Positions 44,404-53,889 of a stretch of DNA of 64,000 nt are shown here, piece by piece. Under the pieces are notes generated by a model. The model was not told the DNA's origin, did no database searches, and worked only from the letters and a program-made list of their open reading frames with translations. Within the stretch, counting starts at the first letter, position 1; the number at the start of each line of letters is the position of its first letter. Made by a program: the position numbers and the translations under genes. Source of the DNA: a virus (Duplodnaviria > Caudoviricetes). The DNA lies in the IMG/VR virus record IMGVR_UViG_3300037067_001795, positions 1-64,000 of that record; one strand, 5' to 3'.

Positions 44404-47307
44404 TCAACAGACCATGAACATGATTGGTTTATACGTTGCCGCCGACTCACCGAGCCGAGCAACTACAGTAGCATTTGTGCCTACGCATACCGCCGATGCC
44501 ACTATGGCTACCGTTGCAGCCGAAGCAGTAACTGCATTTCCGCCGACTGAAGCACTCGTAGCGGCGACTCTCACGGTAGCAGCAACGACTACCGTAGCAT
44601 TCGTGCCTGAGCATATCGCTGTCGCGTGTATCCCTGGCGAAACTACTGTTGCTGCTGCCGCTACTGTTGCATTCGTTCCTACGCATACCGCCGCAGCACT
44701 CACCGCTACTTTCGCGGCTGCAACTGCGGTGCCATTTGTCCCTGCCGCTACTCCAGCCGCGGCCACGCGAACTGTTGCGGCTGCTGCTACTGTGGCGTTT
44801 GTTCCAGTACAGACGGCACTGGCGGAAATACCGTTCTTCCGGACGAACGGCTCCAGCGGGAGTGACACGGTTGACGTATCTGGCAGCGTGTAGAGCTTCG
44901 TCGGGACCGTCGCACCTACAGACGTAGACTCGCTGGCGAATACAACGGTTACTGCGCCAGCCAAGTCGGCTCCAGACACAGTTACGGTGATTTCCCGCGT
45001 TGCTGTGCGAGTTACGCTCGTGATCGTGCGTGTCCCACTGCCGTCCGTAAGCGACCAAGCCCCGGCAGTGTAGCCACTCTTGGCGGCTTCCAAGTCCTCA
45101 TTCACGGCAATCACCGCTGTGGCACCGCTCGTAGTCACGCTGGTAGCCCGCGGCCCTCGGCCGCCTGATCCACCGTACAGTTGAGTAATCAGCGCAGCAG
45201 CCCACCGATTACCAACCACCAGCAGGTGTGTATCGGTCGTCGGATGTACGTTATCAATGTAGTCCTGCTCGATCAGATTTGGCCCGTAGCCGATGCTCGC
45301 ATTGTCCGCCCAGGCCTCCATGATCGCGTATCGCAACGTGTCGCGCACGCCTGAAACGGTTGTCACCTCACCGAAAATACCCAAATACAGATTGATATCG
45401 GCCTGAACGTCCGCCTGAACGTCCGAGATCCATTCATCGAGTGCCGCGTTGTAGGTGGCTTGTGACAGGGAGGATGAGACTGCGTTTGGTCCCCAGTGAG
45501 CAAGGATCGCCCTAAAACTCGTCCCACATGCCGCCGCCTGAGCCTGCATTTCGACATAGGCGGAATTTCCTTGGACCCATTGTGTATTCCCGGCAACGTC
45601 GGTCGACCCGGTGCCTGTCGTTACGAACGCGACAGGCAATTCGATCTCGTCCATGAGATGTTTAGCGAGTATCGGCCAGTGAGAACCAAGAGATGTATTG
45701 CTATCACATGGGTCATTCGCCTCAGTCCAAGTGTCGTTCTGGTTGAAGACGCTTGGCTTGAGTGTTGCGTGGTCATGGGTCTGGAGTTGACCGCGCCCCT
45801 CCGCGATGGAGTCTCCAACCACAAGGAATATGTCGCCGATGCCAATATAATCAGACGTGTCGGTCACGTCCGTATCATCCGTAAACCTCACGACGAGGGC
45901 ACCTTGACCCGCCGCTTGATCCGCGAGCGAGCCAGAGAATGTTCCATCTGCTGGGGCTGCATCAATCGTGGCATATGCTCCCCCATCCCACGACGCCTCA
46001 ATCGCTTCGGGAGTACCAGTATAAGTACCACTGATCGAGATGGCGGCCTGATCGCTACCATCGCGTTGTATGCACTGATAGGCTACCGGGGAGGTAAGCG
46101 TAATCGTCGCATCGGGGGCTGTCGCTATGTTGCCATAAATCGAGAAAATCTTATCTGCATAAGTTGTAGGACTTGCAATTGTGGACGGTAATGCACCAGA
46201 CGAATACGCGGACGATTTATATTTCCCGTCAAACGCAGCGTTGGTATCCATTCTCATGGCCAACGAGCTTGTGCTGTGGTTCTGCGCCAGCCAATAGGCT
46301 GTAGTATTCGTCACAGCCGCCCCGGAATCACACGTCCAGTAACTCCATGTCGCAGGATCGGTCCCACCACCTGTACCGCTCGGAACCGCCCCATCAGTAT
46401 CGTCAATCAGGCTTCCTACCGACCCACTACTGTCCGCATAAATGCCGCATGTCACTTCCTCGGCATCAGCGGTACACATATAGATTTTGTCAACTGTGCC
46501 GTCGCCTCCAGCCGCGTACGGACCATAACACCAGACATAATTAGGGCTTGGGTCGGAACCGCTCGCACCCTTGGTATCGTACCCCACAATGGGATCTAAC
46601 ATCCACGGCCCAGGATGTTTTCTACACCACGCAATCGGCATCTCGATCAGGAGTTCATGGCCCTCCAGTCGCATCTCACACCACGTCCGCTGTCCATTCG
46701 CTGCAATCATCTCTGGGCGGTAAATATGCCCAAATTTACCTGTGGCCCAATCTACCAATAACTTTCCGGTTCTCCGGTCTGTAACCGTACCACGCTGCGG
46801 CACGTAGATTGCATAACTGCCGACCACATTTTCGGGTCGGAAGTCGCGGCAAATGATGCTGCCGACGTCATCGCGAGTAACCGTCCACCCATTTTCATCG
46901 AGATCCCCAACTAGCGGCGGTTGATAGTGCCACTCCAAATCGCTGGGCATGTCCACAATAAACCGCTCAAAAGCTGGGATATCGTCGATGGAACAGTAAG
47001 ATACGTCCCACTCGATAGCATTGCCAGTGAGATCCAGTTGCAATGGTTGATGAAAAGTATGTCGGCATTTCCCGACCGTTATCTCCACGGCATCGGCACT
47101 GACTATCGGGTCGGATCGACCGCTGGCCAGTTTCTGCCTCGCAGACGTTTCCGCGTGCCGTAACGACATGCAGACGCCAGCGATGAATTTACGTGAGGAT
47201 ACATCCGGCAGGAAGAGAGCGTCATCACTTCCCAGAAGCACAGAGGACGCACTGCGAACACGGGCTCGAAACTGCGTGGCGTTGGTTGTGCGGCGAAAGG
47301 GCATCAT
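44404..47307 (-). CDS. large tail-associated protein with an SGNH/carbohydrate-esterase domain and a C-terminal repeat
   Basis: DIFLVVGDS (SGNH Ser) and DNVHP (DxxH); start 47307 by ATGA overlap. Confidence 0.75.
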   Translation of the reverse strand: MMPFRRTTNATQFRARVRSASSVLLGSDDALFLPDVSSRKFIAGVCMSLRHAETSARQKLASGRSDPIVSADAVEITVGKCRHTFHQPLQLDLTGNAIEWDVSYCSIDDIPAFERFIVDMPSDLEWHYQPPLVGDLDENGWTVTRDDVGSIICRDFRPENVVGSYAIYVPQRGTVTDRRTGKLLVDWATGKFGHIYRPEMIAANGQRTWCEMRLEGHELLIEMPIAWCRKHPGPWMLDPIVGYDTKGASGSDPSPNYVWCYGPYAAGGDGTVDKIYMCTADAEEVTCGIYADSSGSVGSLIDDTDGAVPSGTGGGTDPATWSYWTCDSGAAVTNTTAYWLAQNHSTSSLAMRMDTNAAFDGKYKSSAYSSGALPSTIASPTTYADKIFSIYGNIATAPDATITLTSPVAYQCIQRDGSDQAAISISGTYTGTPEAIEASWDGGAYATIDAAPADGTFSGSLADQAAGQGALVVRFTDDTDVTDTSDYIGIGDIFLVVGDSIAEGRGQLQTHDHATLKPSVFNQNDTWTEANDPCDSNTSLGSHWPILAKHLMDEIELPVAFVTTGTGSTDVAGNTQWVQGNSAYVEMQAQAAACGTSFRAILAHWGPNAVSSSLSQATYNAALDEWISDVQADVQADINLYLGIFGEVTTVSGVRDTLRYAIMEAWADNASIGYGPNLIEQDYIDNVHPTTDTHLLVVGNRWAAALITQLYGGSGGRGPRATSVTTSGATAVIAVNEDLEAAKSGYTAGAWSLTDGSGTRTITSVTRTATREITVTVSGADLAGAVTVVFASESTSVGATVPTKLYTLPDTSTVSLPLEPFVRKNGISASAVCTGTNATVAAAATVRVAAAGVAAGTNGTAVAAAKVAVSAAAVCVGTNATVAAAATVVSPGIHATAICSGTNATVVVAATVRVAATSASVGGNAVTASAATVAIVASAVCVGTNATVVARLGESAATYKPIMFMVC
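44430..44830 (-). repeat. six ~21-aa coding repeats (A-V-C-x-G-T-N-A-T-V-x-A-A-A-T-V)
   Basis: SAVCTGTNATVAAAATV, AAVCVGTNATVAAAATV, TAICSGTNATVVVAATV, SAVCVGTNATVV and two degenerate copies. Confidence 0.8.
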
Positions 47308-47867
47308 GTAACGTATTTCAACAACCTCGAATAGCTTCCTGTTCCACCCACCATCAACACTGACGGGGCGTTGGTCAGGCCCGGTGTCTCGTCTCGTTTC
47401 GCGTAAATCTCGAATCCAATTCGCTTGCGATAATACAGGGAGTGCCTCGGGTGGCACTCCATTAGCACGGTTGGCTCTCCATGATCCATCAACATCTTTG
47501 CGGTCGCTGCCATTAACGCCGCCGAAACCGCGTGGGACGAATGGCACTCAATATCCGTCGCCATCCTCCAACACGTCGCCAGCTTGTGCCACATCCTCAA
47601 CTCACCAGTCTCGTCTGGATACTCACTATCTGTCGGCAGTCCTCGTGGCCCGTCGAATGTTGTCGTCATCGTGCCTACCAGCCGCTCGCCATCCACCGCG
47701 ACAAGCGGAACGGTGTCGGAAATGCAATCGAGGTGCTGATAGTGGGAAAACATGCCATCCATTTCGGGCGTTATCAATCCTCTGCGTAGGTATTCAGCGT
47801 GAACCAGCCGCCAGATCCAAGGTAGTTCAGCTTCGGTCGCACGCCGTACGGTGACGGCGGTGGACAT
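47304..47867 (-). CDS. FeeM-like N-acyl amino acid synthase (GNAT/autoinducer-synthase fold)
   Basis: WRLVHAEYLRRG, LVGTMT...DGPRGLP.D..YP, CHPRHSLYYRKRIGFE, NAPSVLM. Confidence 0.75.
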   Translation of the reverse strand: MSTAVTVRRATEAELPWIWRLVHAEYLRRGLITPEMDGMFSHYQHLDCISDTVPLVAVDGERLVGTMTTTFDGPRGLPTDSEYPDETGELRMWHKLATCWRMATDIECHSSHAVSAALMAATAKMLMDHGEPTVLMECHPRHSLYYRKRIGFEIYAKRDETPGLTNAPSVLMVGGTGSYSRLLKYVT

Positions 47868-47878
47868 GTATTTCCTTT

Positions 47879-48097
47879 CTACACCATGCTAGCAAGGAAT
47901 TTGATTGCGATCACCCCAACGACAACAGCCAATACGATCCAGAAAATGGTCACGATGAACGCTGGAATGACGATGCCGGCCTGCTTAGAAACAACCATGG
48001 CAATTCCAACGACGCCCGCTACAACAATCGCGATGATTATCCACTGGATGAATCCAATTGCAGCAAAGTTCACAGATAACGGTAACATTTGAATCAC
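47879..48097 (-). CDS. two-TM holin candidate
   Basis: 72 aa, two long hydrophobic segments. Confidence 0.55.
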   Translation of the reverse strand: MIQMLPLSVNFAAIGFIQWIIIAIVVAGVVGIAMVVSKQAGIVIPAFIVTIFWIVLAVVVGVIAIKFLASMV

Positions 48098-48378
48098 TCC
48101 TTTAGGCGGTCTAGGATGTCATCAAGACGTAGCATCATGTTTCTCTGACCAGCCACTATCTCCTTCTCCATCTCGTCCTGACGTGTTTCCACACGACCAA
48201 CTCTCTCAGCAGTATTGCTCGACATGTTCATGGCTGTACCGACACCACCAAGCATCAGCAAGAAGAAACCACCGAGGAATATCAGGGTCCAGAGTGTGCT
48301 CCCATGCCGCTCACGGCATCTGGCATGCGTCACATACTCATCATCTCCGTTGGTGCTTGCTTTTGCTCGGGTACTCAT
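48094..48378 (-). CDS. single-TM + coiled-coil protein (lysis-associated?)
   Basis: LWTLIFLGGFFLLMLGG then a charged helix. Confidence 0.55.
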   Translation of the reverse strand: MSTRAKASTNGDDEYVTHARCRERHGSTLWTLIFLGGFFLLMLGGVGTAMNMSSNTAERVGRVETRQDEMEKEIVAGQRNMMLRLDDILDRLKE

Positions 48379-48390
48379 CCAGCCATCCCT

Positions 48391-48813
48391 TCAGTCTGCC
48401 ACTATAATCGTTCCGTACCAGATGCCCCCCTTGGTCACACCAATCCAGTCTCCGTATCGCTTGTGCGGCTTGCTCACGACCCCCCAATGCCCGCTCGACT
48501 GCCTCCATGCATCATAAAGATTTCGCACTATAACTTCTTCTGGAGCATCTGCTAAGTTAGCATCAGCCTGAGCAGTTACCTCCACGGCCTTCATCTGCAG
48601 CTTGCTACGTATCTCACGGTACCGTGCATCCCACTGAGGATGACCATCCCTTCGGTAGCCCCTAGGCCCCTTCCTGGTAAGAAGCTTCGTGCAATCCTCG
48701 GCCAGCTTGACCAACAAGTCATCCCGAACGCCTTCCTGGAACTGCACGCCCGGATAGAGCCTCGCACCGAGGACCAGCGGAGACTCATCCGTGGGCGGCA
48801 GGACCTTACTCAT
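48391..48813 (-). CDS. CAP/SCP-like domain protein
   Basis: AWRQSSGHW resembles the CAP W..S.GH motif. Confidence 0.55.
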   Translation of the reverse strand: MSKVLPPTDESPLVLGARLYPGVQFQEGVRDDLLVKLAEDCTKLLTRKGPRGYRRDGHPQWDARYREIRSKLQMKAVEVTAQADANLADAPEEVIVRNLYDAWRQSSGHWGVVSKPHKRYGDWIGVTKGGIWYGTIIVAD

Positions 48814-49565
48814 GAACTAAATCCCAAGTCTACGGCAGTCTGCAGTGCGATCGCACCGTAGCCGAAGTTGATGTCCGAAATGTGCTTCTCGTGGAAGCCG
48901 CTTCCGTTGTAGTAGTCCGATCCGTAGGAACCACAGACCTTCACAATCCCTCCCGGCTTCAGACCGACCAACAGCTCTGAGTGACCGTTCCAACCAATCA
49001 CCACAGGACGCGTCTTGAGAATGGCTGTGCCTACCTCGTCCACGTTCTCGCAGTCGAGTCCCTCAAGGGGCTTGTACTTCTCTGCGGCAGCGTAGGCCTC
49101 CGCAGACGGCTTCTTGTTCGGCCCCATGCTTCTACCCCAGATGTCTTCGGGGCAGCAGCCAATCTTCTGCAGCAGTGTGAAGTTCTCGTCAATACTGGTG
49201 CCTACGCGCGGTCCGCCACGCCAGTTGACGGCGATGCCGTAGGCGAACCACGGATTGAACTTGGGTACGATCACATCAGCCCCATGGATCAACCGGAGCA
49301 TAGTTTCTACGGCCTTATGCCAAGACTCCATGGCGCACGACCCGTAACCATCCTGGTCATAGAACTCGCCGATCCGGTCGCTGAAGTCAACACACCCCCC
49401 CGGAAGATCGGCGAGGATGCTGTCCCACTCTGCACGTGGGATCACTTCCAGCTTGTCTTTGGCTAACGAACAGACCGTACCCGGCTTGTTCTTGCGCGGG
49501 AGACAGCCTGTAGCCCTCGGCTGTTGAGGAGTCCATACAGAGCCGTCTTCGTATCTGTCGCTCAT
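48810..49565 (-). CDS. papain-like (C1) cysteine peptidase
   Basis: DQDGYGSCA (Gln + catalytic Cys), GHSELLVG (His); CGSYG in place of NSWG. Confidence 0.75.
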   Translation of the reverse strand: MSDRYEDGSVWTPQQPRATGCLPRKNKPGTVCSLAKDKLEVIPRAEWDSILADLPGGCVDFSDRIGEFYDQDGYGSCAMESWHKAVETMLRLIHGADVIVPKFNPWFAYGIAVNWRGGPRVGTSIDENFTLLQKIGCCPEDIWGRSMGPNKKPSAEAYAAAEKYKPLEGLDCENVDEVGTAILKTRPVVIGWNGHSELLVGLKPGGIVKVCGSYGSDYYNGSGFHEKHISDINFGYGAIALQTAVDLGFSS

Positions 49566-50371
49566 TGCAAGGCCTCCTTCAGCTTGGTCAGGGCTTCAGC
49601 AGCCGTGGCAGGCAGCTCACCAGCGTGAACGAAATAGGGGGCGTCCAACTGGTTGGCTTGGTCTGGTAGGACACTGACCAGTATCGCAGGGAGACTTAGG
49701 CCCAGCTCCTGCACCTTTTCCTTGTACGGGGCTCCCCAGTCCCCCAGCGTCGGTGTATCCGGGTCCAGGTAGCGGTAACGGTGGGAGGGGGTGGTCCGCA
49801 GGTAGCTGTCCAGCGACCGTATCACTGCCGCTTGCGACGCCGTCAGGTCCTGTGCCTCTGCCAGTACCAGGGCTAGCCGCGTCCCCTTGGGTATCGGGCC
49901 TGGCTGCGGCTCGGGATCGGGGAAAGGGTCCGGAGAGTCGCCCTCCACGACGACCGTATGCTCTACTAGCTGATTCTGCCCGTAGTTCCAATCCACTAAC
50001 AGCCTATACTCCCCAGGTTCAGCTACTCCAAACGTAAGCTGAGGCCGCATGGTGGCCCCCCGAGGAGAAAAGACTATTGTGCCCTCCACGTCCAGCGGAG
50101 TCATAGCGTGACCCGGCATGGCCACGTAGGCGAACATCCTGTCTTCGCCAGTCAACCACTCAAGTTGATCCACTAGAGGCTGCGATAGGTCAATAGCCGG
50201 CGTGCCAACCAAGCGGAACACGACCACCTCACCAGCATCGGCCTTATCCGGCCCGCTGATACTAATCGGCTCGGCCACGGCAGCCTGTGCCGGACCGAAC
50301 CCTTCCACCTTCAGGTCTTGGCCCAGAGCCGGAGTGGCCAGAGCCAAGACCATGATAAGCCTGCTGATCAT
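49562..50371 (-). CDS. secreted/lipoprotein-like protein (Ig-like + Pro linker + thioredoxin-like fold)
   Basis: Signal peptide MISRLIMVLALATPALG; PDPFPDPEPQPGP linker. Confidence 0.6.
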   Translation of the reverse strand: MISRLIMVLALATPALGQDLKVEGFGPAQAAVAEPISISGPDKADAGEVVVFRLVGTPAIDLSQPLVDQLEWLTGEDRMFAYVAMPGHAMTPLDVEGTIVFSPRGATMRPQLTFGVAEPGEYRLLVDWNYGQNQLVEHTVVVEGDSPDPFPDPEPQPGPIPKGTRLALVLAEAQDLTASQAAVIRSLDSYLRTTPSHRYRYLDPDTPTLGDWGAPYKEKVQELGLSLPAILVSVLPDQANQLDAPYFVHAGELPATAAEALTKLKEALQ

Positions 50372-50414
50372 TTCACGTCTCCTTGTATGATTGCCCCTGA
50401 CCCGTGCGGAAATC

Positions 50415-50717
50415 CTAGCCCATGAACATCATGATAAGGGGCAGGATCTTCTCAATGAATGCAATGAGGGCCTCGAAGAATGAAGCCCAATCTCGCTTGT
50501 CCTCGGTAGCACACAGTTCCATCTCGTCGGCATTCTTCGCTGCAATCTCCACGGCGATCGCTGTCGCAATCTCCTTGGATGTCATGTCCTTGTTGATGAT
50601 GCCCCGTCGCCGAAGGCTGCGGGCAATCTTGAGGCAATTCCATCGATTGGCCCCGAGCCGTCTTGCATGCTTGTCGCTAATAGGACGAATGGCTTCCACG
50701 GTTGTTCCAACACTCAT
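50415..50717 (-). CDS. small protein with a hydrophobic C-terminus
   Basis: ALIAFIEKILPLIMMFMG. Confidence 0.6.
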   Translation of the reverse strand: MSVGTTVEAIRPISDKHARRLGANRWNCLKIARSLRRRGIINKDMTSKEIATAIAVEIAAKNADEMELCATEDKRDWASFFEALIAFIEKILPLIMMFMG

Positions 50718-50968
50718 GACTCGCTCCTTGTTGAAATGTTTGCCCCTACTGGAATTTCAGTCTCTCCGACCTTGGGATTCACATCAATCCCGTTCTTCGC
50801 AATCGATTGCATCAATGCATTGATCTGCTCAAGGATGCTCTTGGCCACGACCAGCAGCTCCTTGAGTGTGTCAAGTTGCTGATCAGCCTTGCTCAGCGTC
50901 TTCTGGCTTTGAGCGATAGCTTGTCGACCCTGTGCCATCGTTGCTCTTGCTTCTCCCCTAAGTCCCAT
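50714..50968 (-). CDS. small coiled-coil protein
   Basis: Heptad Q/L pattern; start may be MAQGRQ. Confidence 0.55.
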   Translation of the reverse strand: MGLRGEARATMAQGRQAIAQSQKTLSKADQQLDTLKELLVVAKSILEQINALMQSIAKNGIDVNPKVGETEIPVGANISTRSES

Positions 50969-51434
50969 GAATCACCTCTGCTTTGAATCGTGGGCCAGCC
51001 AGCCGAACCCACATCCAGATATTGTGTGCCTTGGTGTGTGACGCACCGTTGGCTATGCAGGCGTTTCGTAGATCACAATGAGCTACAGTTGAATCGCACG
51101 GATACGGCGGAGTACACTCCCAATCATGTACCACGAACGCGGGCAGGCAGTCAGACTGATCCGGCGGATACAACCACCAGAACAAGAACGGCACTGAACC
51201 ACCATCGAACACGAATCCATGCTCTACAAGAATCTTGCGACGGTTAGCTGTTATGAATAGTACATCTTCCAGCAGCCGATACTGTGGCTTCTTGACCCAG
51301 AAGAAGATCCATCCCAGCAATCCCCCCAGTCGCTTACCAGCAAGATGTCGCAGTGACACCTCCTGAAAGGCAACCGGAGCCTCAGTGGCCGGATCAGCAA
51401 AGTATCCGTGGGGGTATTGGTTCATCGTACTCAC
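50958..51434 (-). CDS. DUF1353-like protein
   Basis: GFVFDGGSVP...AFVVHDW. Confidence 0.8.
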   Translation of the reverse strand: MSTMNQYPHGYFADPATEAPVAFQEVSLRHLAGKRLGGLLGWIFFWVKKPQYRLLEDVLFITANRRKILVEHGFVFDGGSVPFLFWWLYPPDQSDCLPAFVVHDWECTPPYPCDSTVAHCDLRNACIANGASHTKAHNIWMWVRLAGPRFKAEVIHGT

Positions 51435-51793
51435 ACGATCGTGGGTAGGGCGTCCTTGTACCGTCGCAACGACACGACTCGTCGATAGTTCCGAGCCTTC
51501 AAGTCCGGCGTCTTCCGCATGCTCACTACTTCGTACAGGTCAGTCGGCGGAGTAGGCAACGCAGACAATCGCCCCAGACGCATGATGCTGTCCAGGGCTA
51601 TGTCACGGTCCACTACAACCGTTGCGTCTGCTGCGATAGGCGTGCCACGTGCCGTAGCAGACTGGCTCTCAGCATCGGTCCATCGCACCTTCAGCTCCAC
51701 GCCAGCAGACACAGTAGCTTCGCCGTTGTTGTCGTAGCTGCTAAGAGCCCACAACACAGCGTATTCATTCAGCTCTGTAGTTTCTACTGGCAT
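51431..51793 (-). CDS. head closure (stopper) protein
   Basis: 120-aa beta-rich ORF after the adaptor. Confidence 0.7.
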   Translation of the reverse strand: MPVETTELNEYAVLWALSSYDNNGEATVSAGVELKVRWTDAESQSATARGTPIAADATVVVDRDIALDSIMRLGRLSALPTPPTDLYEVVSMRKTPDLKARNYRRVVSLRRYKDALPTIV

Positions 51794-51797
51794 GGAC

Positions 51798-52208
51798 CTA
51801 GCCTCTGTCTACATAGTCAGTCTGCTCGCTCTGCTTCAGCCCCAGCCACAGCATGGAGGCCTTCGGCTTGCCCTTGTTGATGGCAGCCAACGTTCCAGTG
51901 AAGTCCATGGTCATGGCATTCTGCCCGTAAGCCGTTCGCTCCAGGTGCATTCCATACTGTCCCTGGAAACTACCGCTAGCACCATCCGTACTCTTGCTCT
52001 GGTAACCCTGATCCAGCGACTGGTAGAAGTGGGCAGCCAGATGCCGCTCAATCTCTTTGAGCAACGCGTCTGACAGGATCCCGTCAGTGTCCAACGTGTC
52101 CACACGATCCGTGAGGGCGTTGGCAGCCGTAATGAACGGCGTCATGTCTGTCGTACCGTCGTTGTCTACGATGTCACGGACTTCTGCTTGGGTTACGCGA
52201 GCAGCCAT
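51798..52208 (-). CDS. head-tail adaptor/connector
   Basis: MAARVTQAEV...IERHLAAHF...TAYGQNAM.MD.TG. Confidence 0.75.
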   Translation of the reverse strand: MAARVTQAEVRDIVDNDGTTDMTPFITAANALTDRVDTLDTDGILSDALLKEIERHLAAHFYQSLDQGYQSKSTDGASGSFQGQYGMHLERTAYGQNAMTMDFTGTLAAINKGKPKASMLWLGLKQSEQTDYVDRG

Positions 52209-52212
52209 GGTC

Positions 52213-52542
52213 CTACTCCATTGCCTCACGGATCTTGGCGACAAGCTGCTTGGCCTTCTCTTTGCCCGTCAGCTTGATGCCGTTGCTGTCGGCAAACTCC
52301 CGCAGCTCGTCCTCGCTCATGGCTTCCAGCCCGTCGTCTGGCATTGTTGCGACAGGCTCCGCCGTTGCCACAGCAGCCTCGTCCACAGGGTCTTGAAAAG
52401 CCTCCTCGTCGGTGACCCGCGCATACTTGCGTCCACCGCGATTGTGCTTGAGCAGGTTGCTCTTGCTGTCCACAATGTCACCCTGGCGATACGTAATACC
52501 ACCTTCACGGTGACTACCAGCCAACACGCGAAACTTCGTCAT
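52213..52542 (-). CDS. capsid-associated protein with a Rho-N/HeH-like C-terminus
   Basis: LEAMSEDELREFADSNGIKL...KQLVAKI. Confidence 0.65.
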   Translation of the reverse strand: MTKFRVLAGSHREGGITYRQGDIVDSKSNLLKHNRGGRKYARVTDEEAFQDPVDEAAVATAEPVATMPDDGLEAMSEDELREFADSNGIKLTGKEKAKQLVAKIREAME

Positions 52543-52583
52543 TAGAGTTGCTCCTTGAAGTATTCGTTGTCATAGAATAAGGG

Positions 52584-52621
52584 GCCCTCCCATCGCATAA
52601 TCGGCACTACGATGGGAGGGC
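52584..52621 (-). terminator. hairpin/terminator after the major capsid gene
   Basis: GCCCTCCCATCG / CGATGGGAGGGC 12-bp stem. Confidence 0.65.
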
Positions 52622-52640
52622 AGGGGCAGGTGGATTACAC

Positions 52641-53813
52641 CTACGAGGTCGTGGCGTGCACGATGCCCGCACGACCGCTGTAGTCAGCACGCAACTGAGG
52701 CACCATGATCGCCATGACCTTGAAGTTCAGTTGCATTCCGCCACGGGTTTCCCACTGGACCGTGGTGATGTCCATGCCATTGACGGCACGGGCAACGTCC
52801 GAGGTCATCTGGACCAGCAGCAGCGTGAAGTCGTCAGTGAGGAAGTCCAAGCGGCGGACGTCCTGGATACCCTCGATCTTGCGCAACCGTTCGCGCAGCG
52901 TCTGGGTTGGCGCAGCCATGCCCGTCGTGGCCAACGCGAAGTAGTCGTTGTCCAGATAGGTGTCCCAGTCGTCGGAGTGGTAGAGCATGTATGGACCATA
53001 GAAGTGGTCGTCGTACAGCAACTGACGCATCTCCAGAACGTCCTGCACAGTGCTCGACGGATTGCTGCCCGTCGGCGTGGTCAAGTCCGTCTTCTCGTTG
53101 CGCTGCGGGAAGTTGGTGTACCCGTACACCGTGGGAATCTCATAGTCAGCGTAGTTGGCAGCCTTACCGAAGCTGATGCCAGTCTCAGCTCCGATGAGGG
53201 TCTTCTCAACCATCTCAGCGACACGGCGACCGGCAGCCTCAGCCATGGTCAGGTCCAGGGGCGTGCCGCTATTGCGAGACACCGCAAGATTGCGCTGGCT
53301 AAACCAGAACGAGCTGTGCGTGATCGGCAGAGGCAGACCACGGTTCTTAAACAGTGGACTGTCGGTGCGTCCCTCGGTGAGACCGTCCATGTCCACGATG
53401 GCCTCGCCAGGATCACTCATGGCTTCACTTTCCAGCACGGTCTTGGCCATGCCGTTGAAGCCACCGAAGCTCGACGCAGCCGCAAGATCAGTCCACGCAC
53501 GCAGACGCTGACGGGCTTCCTTCAGAATCTGGCGATCCATCTGGATCCACTCGTCCTTGCGCAGGCTGGTGGCATTCCACACGGGCGTGCCCATACCGTT
53601 GGACGCCAACTGGCTGATTAGTGCCTTCTTGTACTCAGGCACGTACACACCAGTCTTGTCCTTGACCTTGCGTCCCGTATTCACGGTAACGCAACGCTGA
53701 CCACGCTCGTCGAAGTAGGGGCGCATCATGCCGGGATCGAACCGGCAACCAGCGAGGGCACCAGCCACGTCTCCGTAGCCCTGCCCGTTTTGCACGAAGT
53801 CTTGCACGAACAT
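52641..53813 (-). CDS. major capsid protein (HK97 fold, encapsulin-like type)
   Basis: 390 aa after the decoration gene; PLPITHSSF, AGRRVAEMVEKTLI, YGYTNFP, FKVMAIMVPQLR. Confidence 0.88.
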   Translation of the reverse strand: MFVQDFVQNGQGYGDVAGALAGCRFDPGMMRPYFDERGQRCVTVNTGRKVKDKTGVYVPEYKKALISQLASNGMGTPVWNATSLRKDEWIQMDRQILKEARQRLRAWTDLAAASSFGGFNGMAKTVLESEAMSDPGEAIVDMDGLTEGRTDSPLFKNRGLPLPITHSSFWFSQRNLAVSRNSGTPLDLTMAEAAGRRVAEMVEKTLIGAETGISFGKAANYADYEIPTVYGYTNFPQRNEKTDLTTPTGSNPSSTVQDVLEMRQLLYDDHFYGPYMLYHSDDWDTYLDNDYFALATTGMAAPTQTLRERLRKIEGIQDVRRLDFLTDDFTLLLVQMTSDVARAVNGMDITTVQWETRGGMQLNFKVMAIMVPQLRADYSGRAGIVHATTS

Positions 53814-53889
53814 CAGGTTATCTCCTTAAACGGGTTTTCTTATCAGTCGCGGTAGCTTGCTCTAAGCAGACCACCCACAGGGCTACAGA

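Noticed and set aside
44375-44893. Plus-strand Ala/Thr/Val repeat ORF
   Set aside because: Mirror of the minus-strand repeat (GCN/ACN/GTN codon symmetry); no RBS, and it opposes the operon.
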